Assembly: GCA_951406725.2 (NCBI GenBank)
Contig: OX597831.1
Coordinates: 63,612,001-63,676,000 of the forward strand
DNA: 64,000 nucleotides
Reading direction: 5' to 3'
Source of the DNA: Octopus vulgaris
Taxonomy: Eukaryota
Positions 29,060-42,563 of this stretch are shown piece after piece. Each line of letters opens with the position of its first letter. Position 1 is the first letter of the stretch. The notes below the pieces were generated by a model. That model saw only the letters and a list, made by a program, of their open reading frames with translations. It did no database searches and had not been told where the DNA came from. A program made the translations under genes and the position numbers.

Positions 29060-29401
29060 AGGCAGAAATAGGACGAAAAGTGAATAATGAAAAAAGATTG
29101 AGGGAAGAAAAGAGATTAGAAAGAAAGTAGAGAGTTATGGAGAAGATGAAGGATTGATAGAGATTGATAGAGAGAGAGAGGGGGGGAGAGAAAGAGACGG
29201 AAAGAAAGAGAGAGGGGGATACTGACAGACAGACAGCGACAGAGAGAGATGGAGAGAGAGATAGAATGGAAGTCAATAGTGTGGTAAATAGAATGAGAAT
29301 TGTGTTGTGGTGGGTGATGGCCACATATGATTTACGAGACAGAAAAAAGGAAAATGGAAGAGTAAGAAAGGAGGAGGAAGTGAGAGAGAAAGAAGAGTGA
29401 C

Positions 29402-29432
<31 letters not shown>

Positions 29433-29863
29433 AGGAGAGTTGTATGGAGAGGGAGAAGGAGAGAAAAATTACAAGTATAGCTACTGAAATGAAAGAGTTT
29501 AAGATTTAATTATTTTCCTTTCTGAATAATTAGGTAAAGAGTAATGTTTGGACGGCACTGAATAAAGCCAGTGTTTAGAAGCGTTGAGCTGGAATACAAA
29601 TTGACAATTTCCTTCCTCTACATAGTCACCTATCTAGTTCAACTGTATAATCATTATTGCGTAAATGTGAGCACTGGTTCCATCGTCAGTTTGGAAATCT
29701 TGAGAGGCGTCGAAAACAGAAGTTGAATGAATATATGACTTTAGAAAATACTATATAGGTGTGTCTCCCCATGTGTTTTTTAGTGAAGTCAAGTGTGAAT
29801 GGAGGAGGGGGTATGTATGTGTGTATATATACTTCTCTCTCCCACCCACCTTCTAACCCTTCA

Positions 29864-29922
<59 letters not shown>

Positions 29923-29923
<1 letters not shown>

Positions 29924-30130
29924 GAATTTTTTGCCTAATGAGATAAAAAACCAAGGCTGTATAGATATTAGAGCATTTATAGATAGAATGTCTTACAGCT
30001 GTTTCTAGAATATTAATTAATAATAACATCCCTTCATCGGAGACGGTGTGAGAGGATAGTTAAGTCTTAGTTAGTTTAGATGTGATACAAATAGAGAGTG
30101 AGGTGGAGGAAAGAAAATAGATGTAAGATA
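29923..30130 (-). mobile_element. Penelope-like pLTR fragment between (TA)n tracts
   Basis: Bounded by (TA)n on both sides; contains a hammerhead motif. Confidence 0.65.
29988..30046 (-). ncRNA. Type I hammerhead ribozyme motif (CCGAUGA core variant)
   Basis: Minus strand: GUCU-CCGAUGA-A-GGGAUGUUA..UAAUAUUCU-A-GAAA-CAGCUG-UA-AGAC; all three stems pair, stem III is palindromic, GUA triplet. Confidence 0.75.
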
Positions 30131-30143
30131 TGTAAGATATATA

Positions 30144-30175
<32 letters not shown>

Positions 30176-30329
30176 CAGCGATGGCGGGTGATTGTCTCCT
30201 GCTAGCGATATAAACAAGAGTATTTATATGCACCACGAGTTTATATGAGAGGTTCTTTCATGGTAACTATCGCAGTACTCTATGTTCTAACACAACGTTC
30301 GCTTTTAAGTGGGAATAAATATTACCTTG

Positions 30330-30365
<36 letters not shown>

Positions 30366-30459
30366 TTCTTTCTTTCCTTTCCTGAGCGTCCAATAACACT
30401 ATACTTGTTCCACGTCCTCGCGTTGTTGTGTTTTCTCTTTGTTTATGTTTGGATTAACT
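30366..30459 (+). mobile_element. Penelope-like 3' terminal fragment between (TA)n tracts
   Basis: T-rich tail with TGAGCGT, resembling the reverse complement of 42366-42450. Confidence 0.4.
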
Positions 30460-30483
30460 ATATACACACATATATATATATGA

Positions 30484-30518
<35 letters not shown>

Positions 30519-30521
30519 TGC

Positions 30522-30591
<70 letters not shown>

Positions 30592-31126
30592 AGAGAGAGC
30601 GAAAGGGGGAGAGAGAAGAGAGAGATAGTAATAGGCTACTATCTGTGCAAGGAATCTGGTAGCAGAAATCGAAGTGGAACTTGGAATCCGAAAAGAACAA
30701 TGAACAATATATACGCAGAAACCAAAATCCACGCGCACTCACACACACATACACAAACACGTGCGCGCGCACGTGTCATCACTGTTTTTGTCCATTTGGT
30801 TGAAAGAAGTGAGAAACGAAGACAAGTAAACATCAGGGAATCTTTACATCTTTTCAGTTTTGTTTAAGAATTTTATTGAAAGCAAAAGGTGCTTTGATTC
30901 TCTCTTCGACATGTACACGCGCACATGCACACACACACACACACACTAACGTATAAAGTGCTCAGTCTTTACCAATGAACATATGTGTGTGTGTGTGTAT
31001 GTGTGTGCTTCTGTAAGTATGTAAGCAAAGCAAATACAAATAGGAAAGTAAGACGAAAAAAAAATCAATAGCAGTATGAAGGACATTCACAGTTAATATT
31101 ATTGGGCTGTCGTTCAAGGAGAGTAA

Positions 31127-31162
31127 ATATAACGTTTCGGACGAGGTCCTTTGACGGATACG
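31127..31162 (-). ncRNA. Degenerate minimal hammerhead-like motif
   Basis: Minus strand: GUAU-CCGUCAA-A-GGAC-CUC-GUCC-GAAA-CG-UU-AUAU. Confidence 0.4.
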
Positions 31163-31364
31163 AGAAAAGTCGACGCAAAATTGGGAAAAGAAGAAAGAAG
31201 GTAAAAAAGAAGAGCGCCAGGAAAAAAACGGACGTGGGTTAGGGTCACATGTTCCAGCCTGATGTATACTTTTCTATTTTTATCTAAAGAAATTTATATG
31301 TATGAAACACCTTGCAGCTTGTAAATCTAATTGAATCTATCTATTATCTTTATAATAATATATA

Positions 31365-31611
31365 AATGCGCCCTTTTAAAGCCTAGCCAGGCTCATGGTC
31401 CTGGTTTCCCAGTTTCAATGGCGTATGTGTCCCCCAGCTGGACGGGACGCCAGTCCATCGTAGCGTTACTCATTTTTGCCAGCTGAGTGGACTGGAGTAA
31501 CGTGAAATGAAGTGTTTTGCTCAAGAACACAACGCGTCGCTCGGTCCAGGAATCGAAACCACAATCTTACGATCATGATGCTGACACCCTAACCACTAAG
31601 CCACGCGCCTC
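31365..31611 (-). mobile_element. tRNA-derived SINE sharing its 3' module with family A
   Basis: Head GAGGCGCGTGGCTTAGTGGTTAGG..GGTTTCGATTCC; shared GATGGACTGGCGTCCCGTCCAG..TACGCCA..GAAAC..ATGAGCC module. Confidence 0.8.
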
Positions 31612-31979
31612 AACTACTATCTTTATACTGAGTTCAAATAAATTGCATAGACTCGGTTTGTTGAAGCTGTTTCGTCTTGGCTTCCTTTCTTGGAAATGTC
31701 TTTTCTTAAAATAACTTACTGTAAATTATATTAGCATCATTATGTTTTCATTATCGTTGAGTTGCTCTACTATGTCGGTCTATGGTTGTTATTTAATCCC
31801 GAGTCATATCTGAAACAGTTCCTGTGATTTTTTTTATTTATTTCCTATAGACATTGTTCATCTATAGCTACATCATCCAATGTGTTCATCAGTTTTTGAG
31901 ACAGTAGGGTACAATTAAAGGCAAATCCAGTAACCATTTTTAGCAACTAGAAACATCGACCACATAGAAACTCTCTCGT

Positions 31980-32281
31980 TTTTGTTTGTTCCTTCTCGAG
32001 CCATGCCTGGCTCATAGGGGCCGGTTTTCCGGTTTCTTGGCGTATAGGTTCCCCACCTGGACGAGACGCCGGTCCGTCGCAGGTGAGCTGCAAGATGCAG
32101 GAAGAAAGAGTGAGAGAAAGTTGTGGCGAAAGAGTCAGCAGAAGTTTCGCCATTACCTTCTGCCGGAGCTGCCTGGAGCTTAGGTGTTTCGCTCATAAAC
32201 ACACACATCGTCCGGTCTGAGATTCGAACCCGCGATCCCTCGACCGCGAGTCCGCTGCTCTAACCACTAGGCCATGTGCCT
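31980..32281 (-). mobile_element. Family A SINE, full length
   Basis: Reverse complement of 25302-25600. Confidence 0.9.
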
Positions 32282-32852
32282 TTACTGGCTGGCTCATGAG
32301 ACACATATGTCTATTTAATTAGTTACATCACTCCAGTTATCGCATTTCGACAGTTTCCTCCTTAAGTCAAACCCAGCATCTTCTTTCTCAAGTCAAGTCC
32401 AGCCTCTTCTACATTTCCGTCTTTTGTGCCATCTTTGACTGACCTACAACACATATTCACTCAATATGTTATTGCTTGTAGTTCTGATTCTCTTGTAGAT
32501 TTTCTTTCCATCATTACTGGTTTCAGCACATACTCAACATGAAATAATATATTTCGAAAGACAACAAAATACAGTTCATCAATCATATTACATTAATTAA
32601 GAAATTTCAATCGCAGTGAATGCTTATAGTTACAATGTATAATACTGGAAAGGTAGAGACAGAGAGAATGAGAGATGCAGTCATTGTTCTCATCAGCTGG
32701 AGGGGAAACCTATGTAAAAAGACTTCAGTATGCACTCATAGGTAATCAACAACCATGATGTTATTATACTATCAATTGCCAAAAGATTTCATTGGCTGGC
32801 AATGTGCAATAGTTGATGATTTAATTACAAAGGGCCACACTGTATATTGTTT

Positions 32853-33032
32853 ACAAATTTTGGCACAGAACCAGCAATTTCGGGGAAGGGAGTAAGTTGA
32901 TTGCATCAACCCGAGTACTCAACTGTTAATTATTTTATAGATCCTGGAAGGATGAAAGACAAAGTCGATCCCGGCGGTATTTGAACTTAGAACTTAAATA
33001 CGGAGTAACGATTCCATCAGCTCGCTGCCTTA
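32853..33032 (-). mobile_element. Family B SINE, degenerate
   Basis: AAGGATGAAAGACAAAGTCGATCCCGGCGGTATTTGAACT. Confidence 0.7.
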
Positions 33033-33542
33033 AGTGCTTCCCTGTATATTACGAACATTCCTGTAACATAAGCTAAAGCAACGGCAACAGATGTAAATCT
33101 TTCGGAGTTATCTCTCATCATAGCTTAGTCAAAAACTAATGTAAGCTTACCGTATGTAATTAAGATTATTGTAGTTATTATTTCCAATACTAAAAGTATT
33201 AAACATTATCATTTCTCCTTTCTGTATTAGAATAGTTTTGCTTCTGAAGTTCATAAAATCATTTCATTCTTTACCAGACAAAATCAACCAAACAACGGCG
33301 GTAGCTGTTGAATATGTTAAGTATTACCAAGACAAGTTTCATTATTATTGCAATATTTTGTTTCAGTAGAGGTGTAAATTTTATTGATTGGAACACACAA
33401 ATATCTATATTTGTAAACGTGTCCAACCCATACTAAGTCAGTCATCAAATGATATTCATATATTCTTATTGTTTAACTGTACAGAAAATATGTAAAATGT
33501 TTGAACCATTTGTCATTTATCTCTCTCCTCTTTCTCTCTGTT

Positions 33543-33590
<48 letters not shown>

Positions 33591-35533
33591 ACTCCCAAAG
33601 GTTCGATAGATCTATTTTACTGAAATATTTACATAACGATTCACGGGATTTGCATATTTTCCAAATCACTGGAAGTTAACAAAAGTTCTTTCTCCTGATG
33701 TGACTGCTCTGATTTATCTTTTAAACCATCAAACATCTAAAGAATCTTAAATCTTCTTTTTGTTGTTTCTTTTTCCTCCAAGAATTTATTTTCTATCAAT
33801 ATCTCATTTTCTTTTTCTTCTAAACTAATTTATTCCTGCATTTTAAGAACCAGTTTCTACTTTTTAGTGTTATCACATCGATATTTCTGTTAATAAATTG
33901 CAATATATTTGATTATCAACTGTTGGAATGTTGATGTACATTAGTTGATTGATTTTACAATGTGTGTGAAAGACTACGTCTTTGAATGCTACAAATTAGT
34001 TACAAGTTGGTTAATAATAGTGCGCTAGTGCAAATTCATCTCATTGTTTCTTTTTCTCTCTTGTATTATTTATCTTAATAAACACTTGCAACTGTTCTTC
34101 ATAAGATAAAGCAAGAATAAAATTTCAATTTTTAATGAATATTATTATTTTATATTGTAAAATAGAATAGATCAACATTTGTATGTTCGGATTAATCTCT
34201 CTCTATTTCTAAAGAAATTCTGTCATTACACCAAATTTGAATATTTCTTTTTTTTCTGATATCTCTCCATATCTGGGTATTGAGCTAACAGAAACAGAAT
34301 ACTGCTGAATTGTACAGTATTTATATTATTTAACCTCAATCTTCTTCGTTCTAAGTTCAAATTATATCACAGTCGAATTTGATCGATAATATAGGTTATC
34401 TACATTATACAGTTTTGAATTCACTCAGCTATATCACTAAAATAACATGGCCCCGATTATAAGTGAAATAAATCAATATTTCTTTGCATAAACTGTGAGA
34501 GATAACCAAAGCTGTGAAACACTGGAACACAGAACTACATACGGTAAACTAGACTGATTTCTCACTATTGTCAGCTCACAGCCATCTACGATTACCTTTC
34601 ACCTGTCCAGACCTAATAAATTACATATCAGCAGATCTAGTAATATACTGAATTTGGTGTAATCAACAAAACCTCGAACTTTACAAAACTAGTCAGTCAG
34701 TATGTCAACCAACAACAAGTTTTCTGGTATACAAATGGTTAATACTAGTTCTAGTTTGTCATTTTATTTTGTTTCATTGACCTGGAAGTTAGGAAATTAT
34801 ACCACTTTATGCCAGAACTAAATTTATCGTCGTCGTTAATTTTGTCTTTCCTGATCTGTTACGCTACCGACTGACTAAGTTAATCTCTTTAAAGAATAAA
34901 CAAGAGCTGTGTACGTTCAGAGAACGCAAATGTTATATTGATACCATTTATCTTATAGCTGCATTATGTAGCCACGTAAAATCCTTCTGTCCTTCTATGG
35001 CTACACAACAGATAACATAGTGTCTAGTGTATTAAAATAATCTAATTGAAAATAGAATTGTGTGTAATAATAGCTAAAAACAAAATGTACTGAATTATAA
35101 GGTCTCCTATCATAACCTTAAGTCAACCAAGGGTTTATGAATCAAACTGAGTTAGCGAAAACTGCCAGGGGCTTTGACGATCCTGTTTTGAAACTGAAGT
35201 CTTCGTCATCACCTCCTTCAATTTTACTGTCCATGGATAAGATTAGCGAAGTCCATTTTCTGTTGCAAACATTTGCATCATGTCTCAATATGATGGTAAT
35301 TTCTCTTCCTTCAACAAGAATCGAAAGTGTCAAGATATTCGCCCCTTCCTTTCGAAGTCATTAATTAAATAAATAAATAAATAAATATACCCCTTTTTAT
35401 AGTTTTAAGTCTTTATTCTCATACAAATGATTTTTAACTAAATTCATGCTGTGGAAATGAAAAACAAATATGGTTTACAAGTATGGTTCGGAGAATATTT
35501 TCTGTTATTGTCTTAAAAAATAAAATTCTACCA

Positions 35534-35593
<60 letters not shown>

Positions 35594-35744
35594 TTTCAAG
35601 TGTCAGTAAACCAGCCTTGCTTACTTTTCCATGTGTGACAATTACAATAAGTGGTTCAATATAACTTGATCTCTGTTATCTTAGTGTGATATATGCTGTT
35701 TATTTATTTTTTTTGTCTTCTGTTCTTTTGACGACAATTTATGT

Positions 35745-36100
35745 CGGGGAACTAGAAAGACAATACGAACACTGCGCTTTTCCAATCCACAATGTCAGCG
35801 AAGAATTAATCGGGTTGACATAGAAAAGATTGGAGAATAAAATTGTATTGAAGTGGTTCATGATGACGATATAAGAATATCACGGAATTGCTTATGAAAA
35901 CTGTCGAAAATGTTTTCTGCTGGCCTGAAAATTTGTTATCCTAAGTTATCCATTAAGTTGGATTCCAACTAAAAGAAAATAAAAGTGATTTTATGCAATA
36001 TTTAAGAATTTACTTGAAAAGGATTACCACAGCATTGCAAAATCTGAAAAGGTTTGCACTTATAAGGGTGGAATTAAATTACTTGGCCTCGATATTCTAG
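35745..36100 (+). pseudogene. Possible very decayed hAT (Buster/ZBED5-like) transposase C-terminus
   Basis: Stop-ridden frame SEELIGL..KFVILSYPLSW loosely resembles QEELIEL..KFLIAFPSSY; weak. Confidence 0.25.
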
Positions 36101-37047
36101 CCAGGATGAAAGAAAATACTCAAATATATGTTATGCAATAATTGAATCTAAAAGTTTCTTATTATTTCTGAAGACACATTGTAAGATTCTGAAGGAACGT
36201 CAGAATTTTTTCCACTCCACGCAGTAACTAGACGTAATGACATCCATAAACTCTGTTAGAGTTATTAGAGTCGTTCAGTTATCGGGTGCAAAGTGCCCCG
36301 AAGTACTCCATTTCTTTTGCTTATCTTTTCTTATTACATTTGTAAAAGTAGCTGTTTGCAGTGCAAATACACCAGAAACAACTTCCAAAATTACATCAGT
36401 TTTGGAACCTGTTTCCAGATGAATGCAAGGATTCATAAACGGATAAATATTTATCTGTAGTTTCTAATAGTAACAGCTTTTGTGCAATGAGGCTGGATAC
36501 ATCTGCTAGCAAAAGAACATCGGAACTAAATGCAAATGTTCTAGCGATTGGATAAATAAATCAAATGGTTCATTTGTTCTTGAGTAAAATATCTAAGCGA
36601 TATAAAAAGAAAGAAGTGTTCATCAATAAATATCTCTTCATGTAAAAAGAATATGGTTTTGGAATTAACTAAAACTTGAAATATTTGTTTCTCCTTTATT
36701 TTCAGCTACACTGGTTATATTGAATCTATTATGTGTGTTTTTATTTAGAGAAATGGTAATAAATACTTTTATTGAAAGAAAATTGTAGTCGCATTGTTGA
36801 GAAGAGAAACTAGAGATTACTCGTTGTTGAATATAATTGTGACAATGCTATTCTTTGAAGTAAACTACAATATGCTAGAACTGTCTTGCTGAAATATGTG
36901 TCAGCATAATAGTTGTTTGGTTTCTCTCACTGTCGTGTGTTATCTATTCAACTGACATCTGCAATTTGTCATATATTTCGTTATAGAAAGTAAGTTAGTG
37001 GTAGTTTGTATGGGTGTGTGTGTATATATGTGTGTGTGTACTTGTAC

Positions 37048-37410
37048 ACACGAGAGTTATACTAGAAGTCGCCATAACATTTATATTAACCAACAGAAGT
37101 CGTTCAAACTGAAAGTGTTGGATGAGTACCTCGTTTATTATACACGAGTACCTCGCTTATTATACACGAGTAACACTCAGCATAATCTTTATTACAAACA
37201 ATGCATTTGCAACATCGTTGAACCCAAATCTCGAGACTTTCTCGAAAATATCCAGGTTTGCACTGAATTTTTGGGTTCTAACCACTCTTCACAAACACTT
37301 TCACCTCGTCTGTACCATCAAATCATGATCCTTGGACAAACAGGCGAAAGCCAAATCTGGACTGTACGATTGACTGAGGACCATTGAACAGCCCAATTTG
37401 TTGATTGCCT
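37048..37410 (-). mobile_element. Mariner 3' fragment
   Basis: Minus strand KLGCSMVLSQSYSPDLA (YSPDLAP motif, ~37349-37367), then FDGTDEVK and KCIVCNKDYAE. Confidence 0.75.
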
Positions 37411-37417
37411 GATTTGT

Positions 37418-37486
<69 letters not shown>

Positions 37487-38456
37487 GGAAGATTAAATGC
37501 ACGTACATATTCGCTATATCTGTCATTGCATCGATGAAGGTTTACTAACATTGTTTCATTTTCTCAATATACAGCTATAGCTTTTCATTTATTTTCAATT
37601 AACAAAATATGCAGTTTCTTCCAATATAGCTTAATAAATGTAACCTGTAAAAAAAAAATGCCAATGTTTGGTCTCTAAATTTTCTTTTCGTATTTCTTAA
37701 AAGTCATAAACGTTTTAATATTAATGCAAAAGTAATTCTCTCATGAGAAATATACTGCTTTGAGCTGAAAATTTAGAAAAGCAAACAAAAATACAATGAT
37801 CAATTTGCGTAGAATCGTAGCTGAAGACTTAATGCAAAATTTATGACAAATAGTTCGACAATAATTGCTTCCAACAATGAATAGCATAGATTTGCTTTGA
37901 CTTTTCTTCAATCTTTGCATTTTGTCACCACTTTAAAAGGCTTCTTGACTTCTGTTAGCTCTTGTTTAGTCTATTTTAATATATATTTACTATTTGAAGA
38001 AAGCAACACAGAAATTAATTGATAGCTAGTAAATTTGAAAACAAATTGTTCATAACGTTATACTGGAAAGTGCTTTATGATTAATATTTTTTTCTCTTGT
38101 TCTATTATTCTTGATGGATGTCTTTTACCTTTTGATTATTTCTATACTTCATGCGAAATATATTTATATTCTTAAAAAAAACCTAAGAAATATAAAGCGT
38201 CCATTTAGCTTTCAGCTTCAACACATTTAGCTGTCTTCGTTCATTCCGTCACCCCTAATTTGTACATGGTCTCCTTCTTGCTTACCTCAAACCGTTCACT
38301 TACCAGAAACTAAGTGAAAGAAATGCGAACGAAATGTGACGTCAGGAAATGCAATTGGAAACTACGTACTACCGGGTTCGATTCCCATACGCGGTGCCTT
38401 GCCTATTATAAGAGTTTTCGTAGACACTTTAGACATGTGTGCGTGCTCGTGTGCCT

Positions 38457-38521
<65 letters not shown>

Positions 38522-38616
38522 GGAGTAAACACATAAATGTGAAACAAGGTGGAAAAAAAGAGTACTCAAATACCAGTGGTAGAGTAATATGCTTTATTTT
38601 AAGCAGCAGAAAATTC

Positions 38617-38670
38617 AACAAAATCTGTTACTCTGAGTTTCTCGTTGCCGTTCATCAGACAGTTTTTGCT
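38617..38670 (-). ncRNA. Type I hammerhead ribozyme motif
   Basis: Exact reverse complement of 39854-39907. Confidence 0.78.
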
Positions 38671-39853
38671 AGAATGGAACATATATATTAATTCAATCTA
38701 TACTCTTACAAACGCTACACCTTTAAAAAGAAATGGACTTGTTTGATTGGCCCTTTAGAAAAAAACGGTCAATCTTCGAGCGATAAACAAAAAGGTCAAA
38801 AATATATGTATATATATATAAAAAAACTTATAAAAATTATAAAATCCGAGGAAAAAACCGAGGAAAAAACCTATTGCCGTTAATGAAGACAGTACAAATT
38901 AATGCATAGAAATTAAACCTGTTATAAATACTGCAATACATATTTATATTAAAATCCACATATATATATATCAACATACACAAAAGGATGCGCGTAAACG
39001 CCATACATACATATACAGACGTATGAATATGAATCTAAATTATACACATAAAAGCATGTGTACATATACTCACGCAAACCGTCTCGCACGCAAGCTAAAA
39101 TTCATCTATGTAGCAATTCTCATATACTGAGCAAGGAGGGGGAACGAAAGAAAGGGAAAGAGAGAAAAAAGAAACGAAGTAGGGGTGGGTAAAAAACTTG
39201 TAGCGATATTATTGGCATCTATAGAGGCCAGTATACATACACAAGTTTGAATTGATACATATACATACCGTCGTGTGTATGCGTGCTTAAGCACAAGCAT
39301 ACTTTCACTTACACATACACAGATACGCATGCTTGCAAATATATATGCTTTGCTATACACAAACTTATATAAACATTCTAAATTTGACAACATTGCTTTT
39401 TTTAAAAAAAACATTGCTTTTAAAAAATGGGTGCATTAATAAAAATATATACGAAAGACATATAAAATAAAATATAACATCCTATTTTGGGTCATTTATA
39501 AATAATCAAGGTAATATAAATAATCAAGGTAATCTTATGCAATGCAATAACATGAAAACAAAGTTTGTAGGTTTTTCCTAATATATATGTAGAAACAATA
39601 AGACTTTGCTATAGGTCCGTCGTAGCGCTCAAGAGTCAAATTAACGGCAATAGGTTTTTTCCTCGGTTTTTTCCTCGGATTTTATAATTTTTATAAGTTT
39701 TTTTATATATATATACATATATTTTTGACCTTTTTGTTTATCGCTCGAAGATTGACCGTTTTTTTCTAAAGGGCCAATCAAACAAGTCCATTTCTTTTTA
39801 AAGGTGTAGCGTTTGTAAGAGTATAGATTGAATTAATATATATGTTCCATTCT

Positions 39854-39907
39854 AGCAAAAACTGTCTGATGAACGGCAACGAGAAACTCAGAGTAACAGA
39901 TTTTGTT
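39854..39907 (+). ncRNA. Type I hammerhead ribozyme motif
   Basis: GCAAAAACUGU-CUGAUGA-A-CG-GCAA-CG-A-GAAA-CUCAGAG-UA-ACAGAUUUUGU; GUA triplet at 39893-39895. Confidence 0.78.
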
Positions 39908-39931
39908 GAATTTTCTGCTGCTTAAAATAAA

Positions 39932-40346
<415 letters not shown>

Positions 40347-40453
40347 ATATATATATATACATATATAAATATCTGTAATAAATAGGAATAAGCGGTCTTT
40401 GGCTGTTATTTCTAAATTTTCGGAATGTGGTTAAGTAACCTGTTGCTTAACCC

Positions 40454-40527
<74 letters not shown>

Positions 40528-40743
40528 TGTATTTATCGTATTTTCAGGCACAAAAGTCGACGTAGTATATAGAATAAACATGTGGTGTAAATTTTCAAAT
40601 ATCGTTTCTGTCTTTCCAAATTTTTCTGCATTTGACATAGAACTTTTGGTCCGCCAATGTCTTCTTGTCGACCTACCATGCTGGGCTATAAATTTTTGCT
40701 AGCACACTTCGATTTGTATGTCGGAAAATACGGTGTGTGTGTT

Positions 40744-40787
<44 letters not shown>

Positions 40788-41494
40788 TTAATCAGCCGAA
40801 ATTGCGAGGATGATCCGGTTCTTGACTGAAGATTAGAGGCTTCGAATGACCCGTCCGTTTTTTGTGTCGTCTATTTGAGTGGTTTGTGTTCTTGTCCCAT
40901 TTTGTATTTTTATATATATTTTTTATACATACATATATATATACATCATTGTGTGTGCTTGTATGTATTTACGTATGATTGATGTATGTATGCACGTAAG
41001 TATATGCGTGTTCGAGTCTGTGGTTACATATAAACCGATTTAAAAACCAGTGTTGTTGCTTTTATGGTGTCCCTTTGTCGCGTAACTTAGCAGTCAGACA
41101 CAGTGCATTCACATTTGTAGCTGGAACACTCCCAAGCTATAATGTCATAATAACACTTCCTTTCCTTACTTATCCCTCAAAATTAGAAAACATCTGTTCA
41201 TTTGATTCTCCACAGTTTTATAATTTATTGTGTCAGTGGTTTCTCAGGCTACAAATAGGCTCACTCGGTAGGGTGTGGTAAAAAATGCATTTATGTATAT
41301 ATTCCAGTTCTTTGCCTTCTGAATTCAAATGCTACCGAGATTGACAACTTTGTATCATGTAGGGGGTCAACAAAATAAAAGAAATGGGGTCGACGGCACT
41401 GAATGACTTCCGCGGCTCAGAAATGCTGGCCCCATTCCAATCAGGGTCATTATTCTACTTTATTTCTGTTATTGGATTTCTGGCTTGCTGGATT

Positions 41495-42017
41495 CTTTTC
41501 TACTCTAGGCACAAGCCCCGAGATTTTTAGGGAATTAGCCTGTCGATTAGATCGACCCTAGTACGCAACTGGTACTTAATTCATCGACCCCGAAAGGATG
41601 AAAGGCAAAGTCGACCTTGGCGGAATTTGAACTCAGAACGTAGCAGCAGACAAAATACCTATTTCTTTACTACCCACAAGGGGCTAAGCACAGAGAGGAC
41701 AAACAAGGACAGACAAACGGATTAAGTCGATTATATAAGGATGAAAGGCTAAGTCGACCTTGGCGGAATTGAACTCAGAACGTAACAGCAGACGAAATAC
41801 CTATTTCTTTACTATCCACAAGGAGACAAACAAGGACAGACAAAGGGATTAAGTCGATTACATCGACCCCAGTGCGTAACTGGTACTTATTTAATCGACC
41901 CCGAAAGGATGAAAGGCAAAGTCGACCTCGGCGGAATTTGAACTCAGAACGTAACGGCAGACGAAATACCACTAAGCATTTTGCCCGGTATGCTAACGTT
42001 TCTGCCAGCTCACCGCC
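41495..42017 (-). mobile_element. Trimeric family B SINE array with one head
   Basis: Three bodies joined at AAATAC|CTATTTC; one 17-bp TSD TTCTG(G/T)CTTGCTGGATT (41478-41494, 42018-42034). Confidence 0.88.
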
Positions 42018-42252
42018 TTCTGTCTTGCTGGATTACTACCGTCAACAGTTTTAAACAATCATACCTTCAATGTTTAACTTTGTTGTTTAATTTCTTGATT
42101 TATTATATATATTTCTGAGCAAAAAGTTTATTATGACCAGAGTTATATTTTAATAAACCTTTTCCATTATAAGCGCAAGGCCTGAAACAGAAAAAAATTA
42201 GAGGATTAAGCTAGTCGATTACATCGACTCCTGTACTTAACTGGCACTTATC

Positions 42253-42285
<33 letters not shown>

Positions 42286-42286
42286 A

Positions 42287-42337
<51 letters not shown>

Positions 42338-42365
42338 AACACACACACATATATATATACATATA

Positions 42366-42540
42366 GGGAGAGTTCACGAAAAAAACAAAAGACGAAGACA
42401 GGTGGTGTACAAAACAAACAAATATATTAGTATAACGCTCAAGAATAGAAAAAGTCTTTTACGTTTCGAGCCTACGCTCTTCTACAGAAAGGGACACAGA
42501 AAGAAACACGGAGAGAAAATAATGTGTGTAGTGGCTAACG
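42366..42540 (-). mobile_element. Penelope-like pLTR fragment between (TA)n tracts
   Basis: TA-bounded; contains a minimal hammerhead-like motif. Confidence 0.65.
42455..42492 (-). ncRNA. Minimal hammerhead-like motif with CUGUAGA core
   Basis: Minus strand: CUUU-CUGUAGA-A-GAGC-GUAG-GCUC-GAAA-CG-UA-AAAG. Confidence 0.6.
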
Positions 42541-42563
42541 ATATATATATATATATATATATA

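Noticed and set aside
35137-35364. Overlapping 75-aa and 63-aa ORFs as a host exon
   Set aside because: No recognisable domain or clear splice sites; possibly transposase debris.
40783-40910. TA-embedded fragment containing CTGAAGA
   Set aside because: No downstream GAAA or stems; may be a PLE fragment but is not a supportable ribozyme.
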